A stretch of 36,640 bases of DNA from Parasitella parasitica NRRL 2501 (lineage: Eukaryota; Fungi; Mucoromycota). Shown here one piece after another: positions 22,773 to 35,253 of this stretch; the stretch's first letter is position 1; each line of letters opens with the position of its first letter. The position numbers and the translations under genes are program-made. The notes beneath the pieces are model-generated. The model searched no databases. It was not told the DNA's origin and saw nothing but the letters and a program-made list of their open reading frames with translations. The stretch lies in the NCBI GenBank assembly GCA_025201805.1, contig MU619346.1:8370-45009 (forward strand), read 5' to 3'.

Positions 22773-23727
22773 TTATTGTCCTCCAAATCGTGCTAATCTT
22801 CGTTTTCTAATTTCATCCATATCGTCCTGTGCTGTGGATTTATTACTGTCCATACTCGCTTGAATGGCTCTTGCTAGTGCTGCTTCTTCATCTTCATCTT
22901 CATCTTCATCTTTCGCTTGCTCTGTATTTGAGGATGCAGCCAAAGAGTAGCCATGTCCTGAAAATGGTATAACATCAGGTAACGGTTTACCTTCAATTTT
23001 ACCTTCTCCTTGAGGCTTTAAAAAAGCTTTTGCTTTCCTGTCACCTTCTGATTGCGATAATGTGCCATAGACCGCGAAAATAGAGTACCCTTCACATTCA
23101 ATTTGGTGCAGCATTAGCGCCAGATAATCTTCCCCCAAATAAGTCGGTGCTGGTTGAGTTGAGTCCAAGTTGTACCAACGGTAAGTTTCAGAAAATTTGC
23201 GTAGAGTAAACCAGTGGTTTCTCAGATTACAAATGTAGGCATTTTGCTGTCTAACGTAATGCAATTAAGAAAATTGGCAACATTTCAAGGGTCATATGCT
23301 TACGTTGGGATCTTTCTTGCTTCATCCATTTCTTTTGATTTCCAAGGTTTGAGCTCTAGATTCCAAATTTCGAGCGCTTTTTGAAGTACTTGGATAGAGA
23401 AATAGCCAGAGTCATCGTAATTTTGACTTTCGCTGCCAACTTTGCGGCCACCTACAAGCTGCTCCTGCCTATCAAGTTCTTGCCCAATTTCTGCCAGATC
23501 CACAGCAGTGAAGTAATTGCCTTGTAATAGTACACTATCATCCAATCCATGTTCACTAATTTTTTTTTTTTTTTTTTAAAAAATTATTTTGACTTTCTTA
23601 CTTTAATGCGTGTTGGGCACACAGATTATCTTGTTGTTGCTAGTTCAAAGATTTGTTTAACAAAATTTATCAGTATTTTCAGAGAATAGTGTACCTTTTC
23701 GAAATATATGAAAGGAATAAGGTCCAT
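22773..23727 (-). CDS. ATXN3: Ataxin-3-like Josephin-domain deubiquitinase with a UIM and a C-terminal VCP/p97-binding-like motif, multi-exon
   Basis: IYFEKQQDNLCAQHALN (catalytic Cys), QNYDDSGYFSIQVL, NHWFTLRKF (His), WYNLDS, UIM EDEEAALARAIQASM and terminal DEIRKRRLARF. Confidence 0.9.
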
Positions 23728-23856
23728 TTCAATTTTTATTCAGTAGAAAAAAATAATAAAATATGAATCCACGTAATAATTTTGAAGGTTCAATGGAAAT
23801 TAGAAAATGTAATGCGCTGATTTAAAATACAAAATGTAAAACGGTTCATGTTATCT

Positions 23857-25155
23857 TTACTGATTGACTTGTTGGAGTACAGCATAATAATTCTCGGAAT
23901 TGCGTTTCAAAATATCCATAACAGGTCCTAATAATCTTGTGAAAGCCTTTTTTCCAAGTGTGGCACACTTAAGACGACCATTGGCAATCACAGTCGCAGC
24001 TCGAGGCTCATCATTCAATAATGCAAGTTCTATGTTTGGGTCAATACCTGCCCTTCAACTAAACATGGAATAAACTTACCACCGAAATAATCCCCCTTTC
24101 TGCCCACCATCACCTCCTGCTGAGAGCCATCGGGCAATTTTTTATAGAAAGTAGCTTCGCCGCTCTCAATCAGGTAAAAGTTCTCTCCAGTGTCGCCTTC
24201 GCGAATAACAACTTCCTTGTCGTCGAAATTAACTGATTCCAAAGCATCAGCAATCTTGTGGCGTTCATAAACTTCCAAAGATTTAAAAATGGGTACTTCC
24301 TCCAAAAACCTTTCGTACATGCGTCTTTTACGAGCAGTGTTCTCCATCAAAATGGAACGAAAAGTGACACGATCAAGCGCATAGAGCACAGAATCAGTGA
24401 CAGTAATAATCGAAGCCGCACGAGGAGCATTGTACATCAAAGCCAACTCACCAAAGCTCCCACCTGGGCCATAGGAAGTTACCTTTTTGCCATTGATGAA
24501 GCAATCTAAATTTCCAGATTCAACAATATAAAAGTAATCACCAACAGCACCTTGTTCGATGACATGTGTGTTGGCCGGCTCTCTTTTCTCTACCATAGCA
24601 TTTACTACATCAGTGTATTGTTCTTCGTCCAAATTCTTGAATAAAAAATTATTGCCAATAGCGGTGCGGATCCGAGCACGCTGGTCTTCGCTTTTTGGAA
24701 TAACAACCTTTACAAAGTCTTCTTGGTTACGAGAGGGCTGCATTGACTCTGCACTGACAGAGGTACGGCGGCCCCGACTTGAAGGCGGAACGGATAAAGA
24801 TGGCATTTCGTCGGATATTGTGTCTCTTTCTTCATCGTCATGCATGTCTTGGTCAACAAAAGATGGATGGAAATCGGGTCCTAAACTTTCTTGCTGATGA
24901 TTTAATGCTATAGTAACGAATGTTAGCTACGTTTTGTTCTTGCTGGGTACATCACATCTTACCAAGTGGGTGTTGGTCGTATTGACGAGATTCAGCGCGT
25001 TCCTCTTCCAATTTTTTCAAAAAAAAAGTGGTGCAAAACTGCAAAAGATCCTCGGGTTGATTTTCAACTACTTGTCTGTTTAATTCGCTTATCAACAAGT
25101 TGTATTCTTCGTTATCAACTTGAGCAAAGGGATGGACTTCTTGTGGATGTGACAT
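23857..25155 (-). CDS. pkaR: cAMP-dependent protein kinase regulatory subunit, 3 exons
   Basis: D/D domain ([13 protein letters not shown]), inhibitor site [29 protein letters not shown] and [19 protein letters not shown]. The paralog number cannot be determined. Confidence 0.96.
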
Positions 25156-25682
25156 GTTGAAATTGGAAAACAAAGAGAGAAAAAGGAAGAAAGGAAAATT
25201 AGTTTTTTTTTTTTCATCAAACTCAGTTTAAAGAATATGTTGCATATATATTTCCAACGTGGCTTCGAGTGAAATAAGGATTGCCGCTATATTAAAGAAA
25301 ATAAATACACTCTGCAACACAGGAGAGCTGCATCTTTGATCAAAAGAACCTACTTTGTGATACCAAGAATTCTTCTTAATTATATTCTCAAACCTGCAAT
25401 AACTGGAGTTAAAGAGTTCTCACTAGTCCTGCATGGATTTTCCAGTTTTCAAGTATAAACCCTCTGTTCATTTAAAAACATTCACATTTCTTACCGCCAA
25501 GATGCTTCTATTAAATACACCCGCATGGAGCAAGAAACAAGATTCATGCACTACATTGCCATCTCATTCATCTCATTCAATTTATAGTCGTAAAGGGAAT
25601 GCTTTATTACTTTTTTTTTTTTTTTTTTTTGATATTACAATGTTAAATCGAAAGTTGATAGAGATTAAGCGATAAGCAGGGC

Positions 25683-26581
25683 TTAGGCAACCCTAGAAAC
25701 AAAGTATGATTAGTTAAAATTGCGTAGTTTCACGCTTTCAAAAGCATAGACATGCTACTTACTTTGGCAATTCAAATTTATCTCCTTTGATAACCCTAGC
25801 AACGCAATCAGTTCATACTGAGCCAATACACTCTTTTAAAACGGATACTTACTTGGTGTAATATAAATAGAAGAAATCACCATATAGGGCTGTTTGCAAT
25901 AATCCAGCGATAGAAGCAATCCGATCCACAGTGTATTTTTCTTCAAAGTAATAACGATATACCCAGTTGAATAAGTAAAGAGTGCGATAGGCGCCCAAGG
26001 CAAAAATGTAATGTGTTGTGATAGTTTCTGCTTCACCTGTACGTTGCAACATGAAAAGTTGTGGCAAGATAGTGACAGATTCTAGCCAGATAGAAAATGA
26101 CCAAAGAATCTAAGGCACGTATCACCTCATTAATATACGAAAATGACCAGAATATCCAATCTGGCTTACCTCGACAGCCGTGTACTCATAACAGAAGGCA
26201 ATAGACAGAATGGCAGCAAACCCCAGCAAGTATTCTATGCGAAAAGTGTCGAGACTCGAATCATAAGTTGCCTTGAATTTCCTCGTCATCAGATACAATA
26301 CATAAAACGACGAGCCAATAAAGAAAAACTTCATGCAAGTATTGTAAACAGAATGGAATCTGTAAACTACATCAATGTATCGCGTCAAAAAGACAATGCA
26401 AAATAATATTTGGGTTTTAAGGGAGATGCCTAATGTATGCAGCGTTGAGTTGTTTGAATTTCTCGAAAAAAACGACACGGTTCCTACCAACACATGAACG
26501 ACTTTGTTTAATCTTTGCGAGCAAGATAAAGATAGACGCTAGATGAGTTAAATCAGCGGTTAGACGAAAAATGTTCATCAT
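25683..26581 (-). CDS. ERD2: ER lumen protein-retaining (KDEL/HDEL) receptor, multi-exon
   Basis: [88 protein letters not shown]. Confidence 0.96.
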
Positions 26582-26619
26582 TTTATCCAAAAAATAAAGG
26601 CGTCTATGTAAATGAAAAA

Positions 26620-28260
26620 GCAAAAGCTATCTGCAGCATGGAAGGGTGTACCATATGTCTGGCCGTTACTTCAAAATAACCGGCCTCTAAGAATTGATTG
26701 GCTACCTCTTGTCTTCTGCTTTCAAAGCTAATAGCCGAAAGAGCAGAAGGTAAGTTTTATACAGCAAGTACCTTTAGGATATTCTTTCATTTCGCTATTC
26801 ATTGGTTTGGGGGTGCAAGTTACGGAAAGACATTGTGAAATTCATCATATATGCTCTTTCATTGAACTAAGGACTCTAACTCTCAAATAATGTGTAAGAG
26901 TTGTGTTCCTGCCTTTCCCTATTTCATTCGGTGGAGAAGCGTACAAGTATACTTACACCTCGTCATTATATATGCTATCCATTTAATCGGTATTTAATGA
27001 AGCCAAACTAAGATGATAATGGTTCTGTTAACCTTTGGCCGTTTGACGACATCCTAACTTAACAACAACGAACAATGGATTTCAATCAGTCGGACCAATT
27101 TCGTCTCTTTTCACAGGGATCTTGCATGAATAAGTAGATCAACTCCTTCAAGAACATGAGCTGCTCGCTGTTCGACAATGGCCCATTAGGGAACGCATTA
27201 GCGGAAGTTTTCATCAAAAAGTCAAAGCGATTACCATTAAGATGCTTAAAGGCATAAGAAACCAATGGGAGCACTATATTTCTTGGGTTAATTATTGTAT
27301 GAAAGCCAACTATACAAGGTTACATAAATCTCGCTCGTATAGCAGAGTATTTAATCGTAAATGGTCTCTGTCCCTCCTTTCGACGGTTCACCTGGGACCT
27401 CTTTGGTCAATTGGCTAAATCACTTCAAGAAAACTGTCGAATGATGAAACGCGTTCGACCAACTGCGAGGATTTATGATGGCAGAGGTAAAATCAGCAGA
27501 CATTTGGTGGTGTGGTATAGCAGCAAATAGCAAAAAGTTGCCGTTATCTTCTCCCAGTCGTTTCGCGTACCTTGTCAAGGTGCATGACGGGCGCTTCTCG
27601 ACTTCTTATAAAAGGTTGCATCCCGCCTACAACAATATCAAATGCAAACTAATCACCTAAACATTGATTTATACAATTTAAGATCTTCGCCAAGAGTATA
27701 TTCATCTCTACATAAAAAAGATAGAAGTATTATGATGGTCTCAGATACTATGAGTCTTTTTGTAAATTACAAAAAAGATCAAACGACTAACGACCAACTA
27801 ACGATGTTTGGATATAGCCAGCATAAGCAAATTTTTGTTATTGTATAATCCAAGGCGATTTAATAATTATAGAGAGGAATCGTTAAACTTGCCGTGGTCA
27901 AGCAGTAACCCTCTTTTACATGTTCCAGCGTTTATTGTCTGCTGTTAGATACAACCTTTTAATAAAATCATATTTTCTGCCACTACTGTCGACGGTGAAC
28001 AACAAATAGTCGAGTAAGTTTTGATAAGATGGCACTTTTGGGCTGTTGTCGCCAACAGAGAGCGATAATAAGTAGAGTAAGTTTATGAAAGCAATTCATA
28101 AGCGGCCAAAGTCGTCTCTGCCAAATTTTCTGGCCTCACTGCATGTAAAATAGCTTGAGTTTCATTACGAATTTTAAAACGACTCTTAGTTGCAGACTTT
28201 GTACAATAGCAGCTAAACCTTTGTAGAACACGTCAGATACAAGTGATCTCGGTATCTTTC
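26620..28260 (-). pseudogene. Decayed protein-coding relic of unknown family; boundaries approximate
   Basis: Successive protein-like stretches on the minus strand broken by stops and frameshifts, e.g. SLVSDVFYKGLAAIVQK...LAAYELLS*TYSTYYRSLL, VPSYQNLLDYLLFTVD...IKRLYL, GFHTIINPRNIVLPLVSYAFKHLNGNRFDFLM...FLKELIYLF...WSD*LKSIVRCC*. No intact spliced model found by eye. Confidence 0.55.
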
Positions 28261-28509
28261 ATCATAATGATGGAATCATTGTAAGCTGTTGCTCATGATA
28301 AAATGCCACATACCATAGTATGGTGTACACTTTAGATGAATCATTCATCTGCAGGTTTAATATCGTTAGTTAATTCTATTTGCGTTAAATCCACATCTTG
28401 ATTTTGGAGAAAGAAAAGAGATTTATAGATGTGAATGCAACTTATTCAAGCAAAACACGGGGAAATCGGTACATCATGCCAAATGTTTATTCAACAGTAT
28501 AAATGATAT

Positions 28510-30361
28510 TCATGTTGAGGATGAAAGAAGCCCTACTATGATACTGCCAATAATGACAAATCCTACTACAATAGACGTTATCTTTACAATCATAGCGTGT
28601 ATCCCTCTGGTAAATCGGTGTGTTTCATTGGACCTTGTAGTAACTTGTGTTGCATCATGGGGTTGTAGAAGTAACACCAAGAATTGCTCTAACGCAAATT
28701 CTCCGTCCAATTTAAAAGCAGGCAATATGTTCAACATTGCCAAAGCTAATGTAAACGATGAGATATATCTGTAACAAATCAAATTTAATTATTTACATTA
28801 TCAGTTTGTATGGCATAATCGTACCTTAATGTTAATTCAAGAATATGCGGTAAAGCCGAAGGTAAAATCCAGTATTTCGGTGTCAACAAACTCACTTTTA
28901 CTGGAGAAAATCGTAAATAAAAAGGCTCTAATTCATTTAAATCGCTTACCGCTTTCCCAAATATCGACCAGTTCTCCCTCAAAAACAAATACTTTTTCAT
29001 TATTCACATTTTCGGTTCTGATCCAGCTTGGGAATCGAGCATAAATCCGTACAACTTGGCCTGTCACATAAGGTGTGTAGGGTATGACACAGCTCTTCTC
29101 TATAGCAGAAGCAGAAGAGCAATCAGACGATTTATAGCATCGTTCAGGATTTGTCGATGCTATCACTGGAATTGTTGGTAAACATACACGGTCAGATTGC
29201 TTGCCTGTATTTGGAAATGGATGGAAGCAGGAAATAGACGCATTATCTGACTGTCCAAACGGAAAAGCATCATTGATGTCACAGCAACTGGTCCCGTAGT
29301 TTTGCAAAGGTTTAACAGCACAAAAGCCTTGATTCACCTTGTTTCTTCCGTCTTCTTGAAATAAATGGGTATTCCAATCTTCAATATTATTGACAAGAGG
29401 GAAATCATCCAATTGATATATAATGGTCGATGAAGGAAAATGAGGTGCTAATGGTGAATTGGGTCGAATGTGTACAACGCTAACACCGCCATATTCCTCC
29501 AAAGACTGCCAACCCAAAACCAACAGAAAAAGTTTTAATCCTCCAGCTATTGAGATAAAAGAAAATGCGTACAATACTAGATTATGCCAAACACCAGCAC
29601 AAATGATCTTCAACTGCTTGAAGGGATTCAGACTTTGCAGTTGTTGATCAGGAATATTGACAAAGGCACCAGGATATAAATATGCAACAAACATCCCTGA
29701 ACTTTGAATAGGCACGCCTTGGCTGTAAGATGCAATTGCATGCCCTGCTTCATGGAATAATCCACATATTGTCAATGCTAACAGATAGTAGCCAATATGC
29801 GACATTGGTAGAGTAACACCGGGTATCTATTCAAGATATGTTAGGTTTATATTGGATTGATCAAATGCGTCCCTTTTTTTTNNNNNNNNNNNNNNNNNNN
29901 NGTAGAAATACTTGATCTTCTTCGTCGATTCCTTCTAAACCTCTTTTCATCAAATTATTGTTATTGCTAGCAGGGGCGATTATCTGTTTTGCACTTGATA
30001 AAATCTTGGTGGCAGCAAATATGATGACAACCGTGCCAACAATGATCAATATAGAGGCGACAACAACACCACATGCAAACCAAATATTCCAAAATGAGGG
30101 TGATAATTTTGTCAGTTGACTGAACAGGTTATTCAATCGCTGTGTTGTGTATTTTACTTGGAATAATTTGATTTCCCATGTATCTCTCATTTGCTGTGGC
30201 TCTCTGCTATTGTCTACAATGGAAAAAGTTGGCAGTAGTGAGTTGTTTCTACGTCTAGATGGCAATTTTTTTCGAGTGCTGATAATTTGCAATATAAAAA
30301 CTATCGCATATAAAAATCCCCATAATAGTAAGAACTGCCAAATAATTGAGAATAATTTCAT
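28510..30361 (-). CDS. Site-2 protease (peptidase M50, MBTPS2/S2P-like), multi-exon; first donor hidden by an N-gap
   Basis: IPGVTLP, HEAGH zinc motif, YPGAFV, AGVWHNLVL, a PDZ-like and Cys-rich luminal insert, and LNILPAFKLDG (NxxPxxxLDG). Confidence 0.94.
29882..29901. other. Assembly gap (N) at the S2P exon 1/intron 1 junction
   Basis: N-run beside a T homopolymer. Confidence 0.99.
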
Positions 30362-31228
30362 AATTTCTATAGAGAAATTTCAATGTACAAAAGGTTTAAA
30401 TTCCTATTTATGTGTTGAAAGAAAGACAGTGAGAAGGAAAACGCTGTCTGTGTGTGTGTTTGTGCGTGAACAGTGCCTCCGCTCTTTAATCGTGGCCCAA
30501 AATTTTTCTTTCAGCCTCTTGTTACAGCCATTTTATCAATGTCCGCGGCCATTTTTGCCATACAAAAGAACCTGAATCTAAAGTAATCAGCTTGGCAGGA
30601 TATTTGAAAAAGGAAAATTTGGAAACATCCTGTAAAGACGAATCTTATGGACCTGCTATGGCTTCTTATTAATAGTCCGCAGTTCTTCTTCCTTTGAAAA
30701 GATAAGCAGAACACATCTGCCATTTGCAGATCTTAGTTATGTTGATGCAGGCTTAAGGTATTGACTTGACAGCAAGATATATAAAAATATTATTTCAAAG
30801 CAGTGCAAAATGATAAATTTGAGGCAGAACCAGCCATAATAAGATTTACAATCATGTTTTACAATACGAAAAACAGAACCGTATAGTAATTTGGGATTTT
30901 TTTAAAGACACAAGACTGAGGATCGAGTGCTTTTAAAAAACTATTATCGAAACTCTGATCCCAAAAAAAAAAACCATCGTTATTAGGCCCATCATGCATG
31001 TCTATTATACACTAGTAGCTAACACCGAATCCCTACTTGATACAGTTTATAACCCATCCCTTTCAATTATTTTACTACACTCTCACAACTGGGTCACAAA
31101 AAAACGGAAATCAAAGCAATAAAATAACGCAAGTTGGTTTTATACTAAAGCACAAAAGAATTTAAACTTTGACAAATGTATACGGGAGGTATTGTATACC
31201 AAGGAGTCGTATTTGGCTGCAAAGAAAT

Positions 31229-32063
31229 TTAGCAACAACCGCCACTGTTGTTTTGTCCCTGTTGAAGTGAAGCACCGGGGCCAACCTTAACTGTAGATTG
31301 TTGTTGTGGTTGTTGGGTAGTGGCACCCATTCTATCCTTAATTTGCTTAGCCATAGTCAAAAATGCTTGCTCGACATTAGTTGAATCCTTTGCAGATGTT
31401 TCCAAGATAGGTATATTGATGGGTTCGGCAAAGTCCTAATGTTCTGGCGTTTAGTAATGAAGTTTGCAAATATCAAGAAACAAGACCTACCTTGGCGTCA
31501 GCAAAGTCGACTACTTTCTTGTCAGTCAAATCGCTCTTGTTACCCACTAATAATTTATTAACACCCTCAGCAGCGTAACGATCAATTTCCTGCAACCATT
31601 GCTTGACATTGTTGAAGCTTTCCTTATCAGTTACATCATAGACAACAATGATACCATGGGCACCACGGTAATAAGATGAAGTGATGGTACGGAAACGTTC
31701 TTGGCCTGCTGTGTCCCACTATGTTTGTAATTATTAGGTTGTTCATCTCAGTCGCTTCTGTCTTCATAATACTTACAATTTGTAGCTTAACAGTTTTCCC
31801 TTCTAATTCAATGGTTCTAATTTTCTAAATATGCAGTTTGATCAATATTCTCTATATTAATACTGCTCCAAGCACTTACGAAATCGACGCCAATAGTAGA
31901 AATGTAGCTCTCGGTATAAGTATCGTCAGCAAAACGAAGCAATAAGCAAGATTTGCCTACACCTGAGTCTCCAATAAGGAGTAATTTAAAAAGGTAATCG
32001 CTATTTATGTGGTTAGTAACTTATCTAGAGAGTAGCATATCTCTCTTACTATTCTGCGTTCAT
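31229..32063 (-). CDS. YPT1: Rab1/Ypt1 small GTPase, 5 exons
   Basis: [49 protein letters not shown]...[22 protein letters not shown]...GNKSD...ETSAK...GGCC*. Absent from the ORF track. Confidence 0.98.
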
Positions 32064-32378
32064 TATTATGTAAATAAGGAGAAAAAGAAAGAGAAAAAAG
32101 AGAAAGAAAAAAAAATGAATGTAATATAAAAGACACGTGTTTAATCTGGAGCTGTAACAAATTCAGCTCATAATATGCAGCCAGGTATTTTGTCATTCAA
32201 TGTGCAGCATTGAGTGTATTTATAATATACGATTTACATGCTATTAGGTATTCATATGTGAAAATTAGACATCATTTGCTTAAACACATGCAGACAAATC
32301 GTGCAAATGTGTGGGGAATAATCGGTAATGATGGTGTGATGATGCTGGTTGCTAATGACCTTTTTTTAGGGCACACGA

Positions 32379-33262
32379 TCAAGAAGCAGTTGATGAAGAC
32401 GGAGAGTTCTTGATCCTCAGCATCATGACCTGTTCTTGTTTTTCGCCTTGCTCTTCAGTCGTTGCATATCCACCAGACTCCAATCTCCTTCTGGCTTCTT
32501 CAATTTCTTTGCTTCTCAAAACAAGTAAACTTGCAGTCTCTGTAGCGGTATACACTGCCTCTCCTGTTGCCGACAGTAGTTTTCCAACCATTGTACGAAC
32601 TACATGATCGTACCAAAACGATACAAACGGTATTGCTTTCAAGATAGCTTTTGTATAATTCACATTGTTAGCTGAGCATATTTTTCATCCAAAAAGCGTT
32701 CTTACCTTCTACTGTCCAATGCTCATGGTGCGTGTCGATCTTCAACAGCCCACTATCTTTGTCTGTTTCTTTGAATTCCAATACAACTGTAACAGGTAGT
32801 GCCATCTTGATCCAAGGAAACATTCTAGGACACAGTATTTGTGTTAAAAATACGACACATGTTTTTCCGTTGAAGCATATGTTGTTGATTCGAGGCTGTT
32901 CTTTATTCATAGTTTTCCACACTAACAATACGCTTGTTATAGTGTATATACATATAAGCCTTCATGACATGAGATGAATGTAGAATACTCTCAACACTTA
33001 CTGCTTGATGTTGTGAACCCCCTCAGTCCTTAGTATAGGTGATGTAAATGTGGCATGAGGAAAGTAGTAGTGATCAATTATACGTCTTCTTTTTACATCA
33101 TCATAAGAAAATAAATCTGTTACAATTTCTGGCCAAATTTGTAAGAAACACTGCGCTTATTGCTCTTTTCATTACCCCTTCCTTACGCGTTATAACCTCG
33201 TCTCTATTCGATATCCCATCATCAGTGACTGAATGAGCAGCAGTGTTATTGTAAACGTCCAT
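32379..33262 (-). CDS. Hypothetical protein, probable NTF2/SnoaL-like fold, 4 exons
   Basis: Spliced product EVITHLFSYDDVKRRRIIDHYYFPHATFTSPILRTEGVHNIKHVLLVW...LPVTVVLEF...KIDTHHEHWTVE. The 'Y..xAxFxxP...G...I' start and 'KI..H.E.W' end resemble SnoaL-like domains; the fold is an inference. Confidence 0.7.
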
Positions 33263-34248
33263 TCTCTAGAAAATCAAGTAATTGAAGAAAGGGGAAAAGA
33301 AGTGAAAAAGAGAAACTTTTTTTTTTTTTTTTTTAGCAAATACTGCATTAATTTATGGTTATCATAAACAAACAAAAATTGTCGCCTGTTGCAAATGATT
33401 GTCGTTTTCGAAATTTTTGACCCTTGAAAAATTCAATATATTGCTCTCGTTGCAATAAATTTATGTTTATTACAGCAAACAGTTGACTATAGTCTCATTT
33501 TCATATTGAAAGTGATGATCCCAAAGATCTTATATCGAAGAATCAATGCTAATCGACGGGTTGACACCAATGTCTGATGTTGTCATTGCTTAAGTCCTCC
33601 TTGAGTCCTTGGAAAAAATATGACACTCCCAAAAATAGTGAAAAGCAATTATTAAAATACTTCTCATTTTGATTAAAATTCACATCGCCTGTATGCACTC
33701 ATCTGAAAGCAAGTGAGAAGTAAACGTCAATGACATCAGGAGTAATAAGACTTGCTGGAAATAGTAGGCTCAGTAGGCTGAAGTGATTGTCACCCCAAAG
33801 GGATAATCCATCAAGTCTGGCTAAAGCTACACTAAGCAAACGTAGATTTCCATCTTTATTTCCCAAAAGGAATCTCTAAACGACGAAAAAAAGATCGAGC
33901 TGTCAAACTATTAGGCTCAATGAAAATTGTGGACCATTGGAGAACCTCTTATATGAAGCAAAACAAGTGCATCAACAAAGGCAAAATAGAACTTGTGAAT
34001 ACCTTGGATCGCCAAATTATCAGCCATTATGACAAAACCAGTAATTAGGTGCTTACTTTAATAAACATTCACTTCAACTTATATATGACAACCTTGAGGA
34101 TTGATTTTTCTAAAATGACCACAAGTAAAATCATATATATGAAGCTGCTAATAGTGCTATCATCACGTGGTTACAGTGCAAGAGGCTCTCAAATTTATTC
34201 TTGAAATCTGTCTCATCTTCTTCCTTTTATTTTTGATACACTCACATC

Positions 34249-35214
34249 ATGAAAGAATTAGCAGTTCCTAAAGCAATCAACATTATTAGACCGTCAGATC
34301 AAAGCGGCATAAAAAGGAATCATCCTCAACTCAATTCAAAATCATTTAAAGTTTCAACTCCATCACAGATCAATGAAAGGCCTTCGACATTTAGTTTGTA
34401 TGATCCCAAACAAAACATGACACCATCTGCTACTGCTGTCCCTCATTTTCAGCCATTGAAAAAACCTGTTATTGAACTGTATAAGCCAGGGAAACATCAA
34501 TTGAAAATGCTCAATAGATCAGAAAGTTCCGAACAAATGCCAAATTCTCTTTTACATGAGCCCAGAGTACAAAAAGAATTGACAGTACTAAGCAATCAAG
34601 AAGAAATAGATGAAAATCACGATATTAACAGTGGCAGTGATAACAATAACAATCACATTGAGGGAAAAGAAGAAAGAAGAGTGCTAGATAACAGTTTTCC
34701 AGAGGCCAGAATAAATCGAAAGGTTGTTTTTGTCATAGTCGGATATTATCAACAGCACTCGGAATTAATGCTTTAAGTTTAAGATCGCAGATTTAGAAAT
34801 ATCAAACAAATCATTACTGACAATAAATGAAATGCTGGAAAAAACTGCTCATCATCAAGCAAAACAGGTTGCTTCTTTCAAGAAACAAATGATGACTTGT
34901 CCCGAGTAAGTGAATTAAAGTGGTCCAGACCAAATTTACAAATAGCAATATCTAGAGCTGAGAAGCAAGAGCAACAGCAGCAAGTAGATATCATAGAGCA
35001 GGCCGAGAATGAGGATGACTGGGAAAACGATGAGCAATTCAACCGTCTGAAAAGAATGACAGAAATACTGATTGAGCAAGCACAGAATGCACTTTCATTT
35101 CAAGCGCAGGCAGTTGGTGGACGTGTGATTATGACAGGTCATCACCATCGTCGATCGAGCAGCACAAGAAGACATAGAATCATACATAGCAGCAATAACT
35201 CACAGCAGCAATGA
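34249..35214 (+). CDS. Hypothetical fungal coiled-coil protein; exons 34249-34722, 34784-34905, 34956-35214
   Basis: Two GT-AG introns keep frame and create EARINRKIADLEISNKSLLTINEMLEK, a motif I recall from uncharacterised fungal proteins. Confidence 0.8.
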
Positions 35215-35253
35215 TGGCAGCAAACGTTTTATTTAATTTTTAAATACAATAAA

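Noticed and set aside
26713-26749. Imperfect hairpin CTTCTGCT...AGCAGAAG as a possible ncRNA
   Set aside because: Short and bulged, lies in pseudogene-like sequence, and has no snoRNA or tRNA boxes.
26620-28260. Stop-codon reassignment (TAA/TAG read as Gln) or A-to-I stop editing
   Set aside because: Neighbouring conserved genes end in TAA, TAG and TGA normally, and the relic also has frameshifts.
22773-32063. Functional cluster of ER-Golgi/proteostasis genes (ATXN3, ERD2, S2P, YPT1) or lipid genes (EPT1/CPT1, TAZ1)
   Set aside because: Common housekeeping categories interleaved with unrelated genes; no shared motif seen, so chance adjacency is sufficient.
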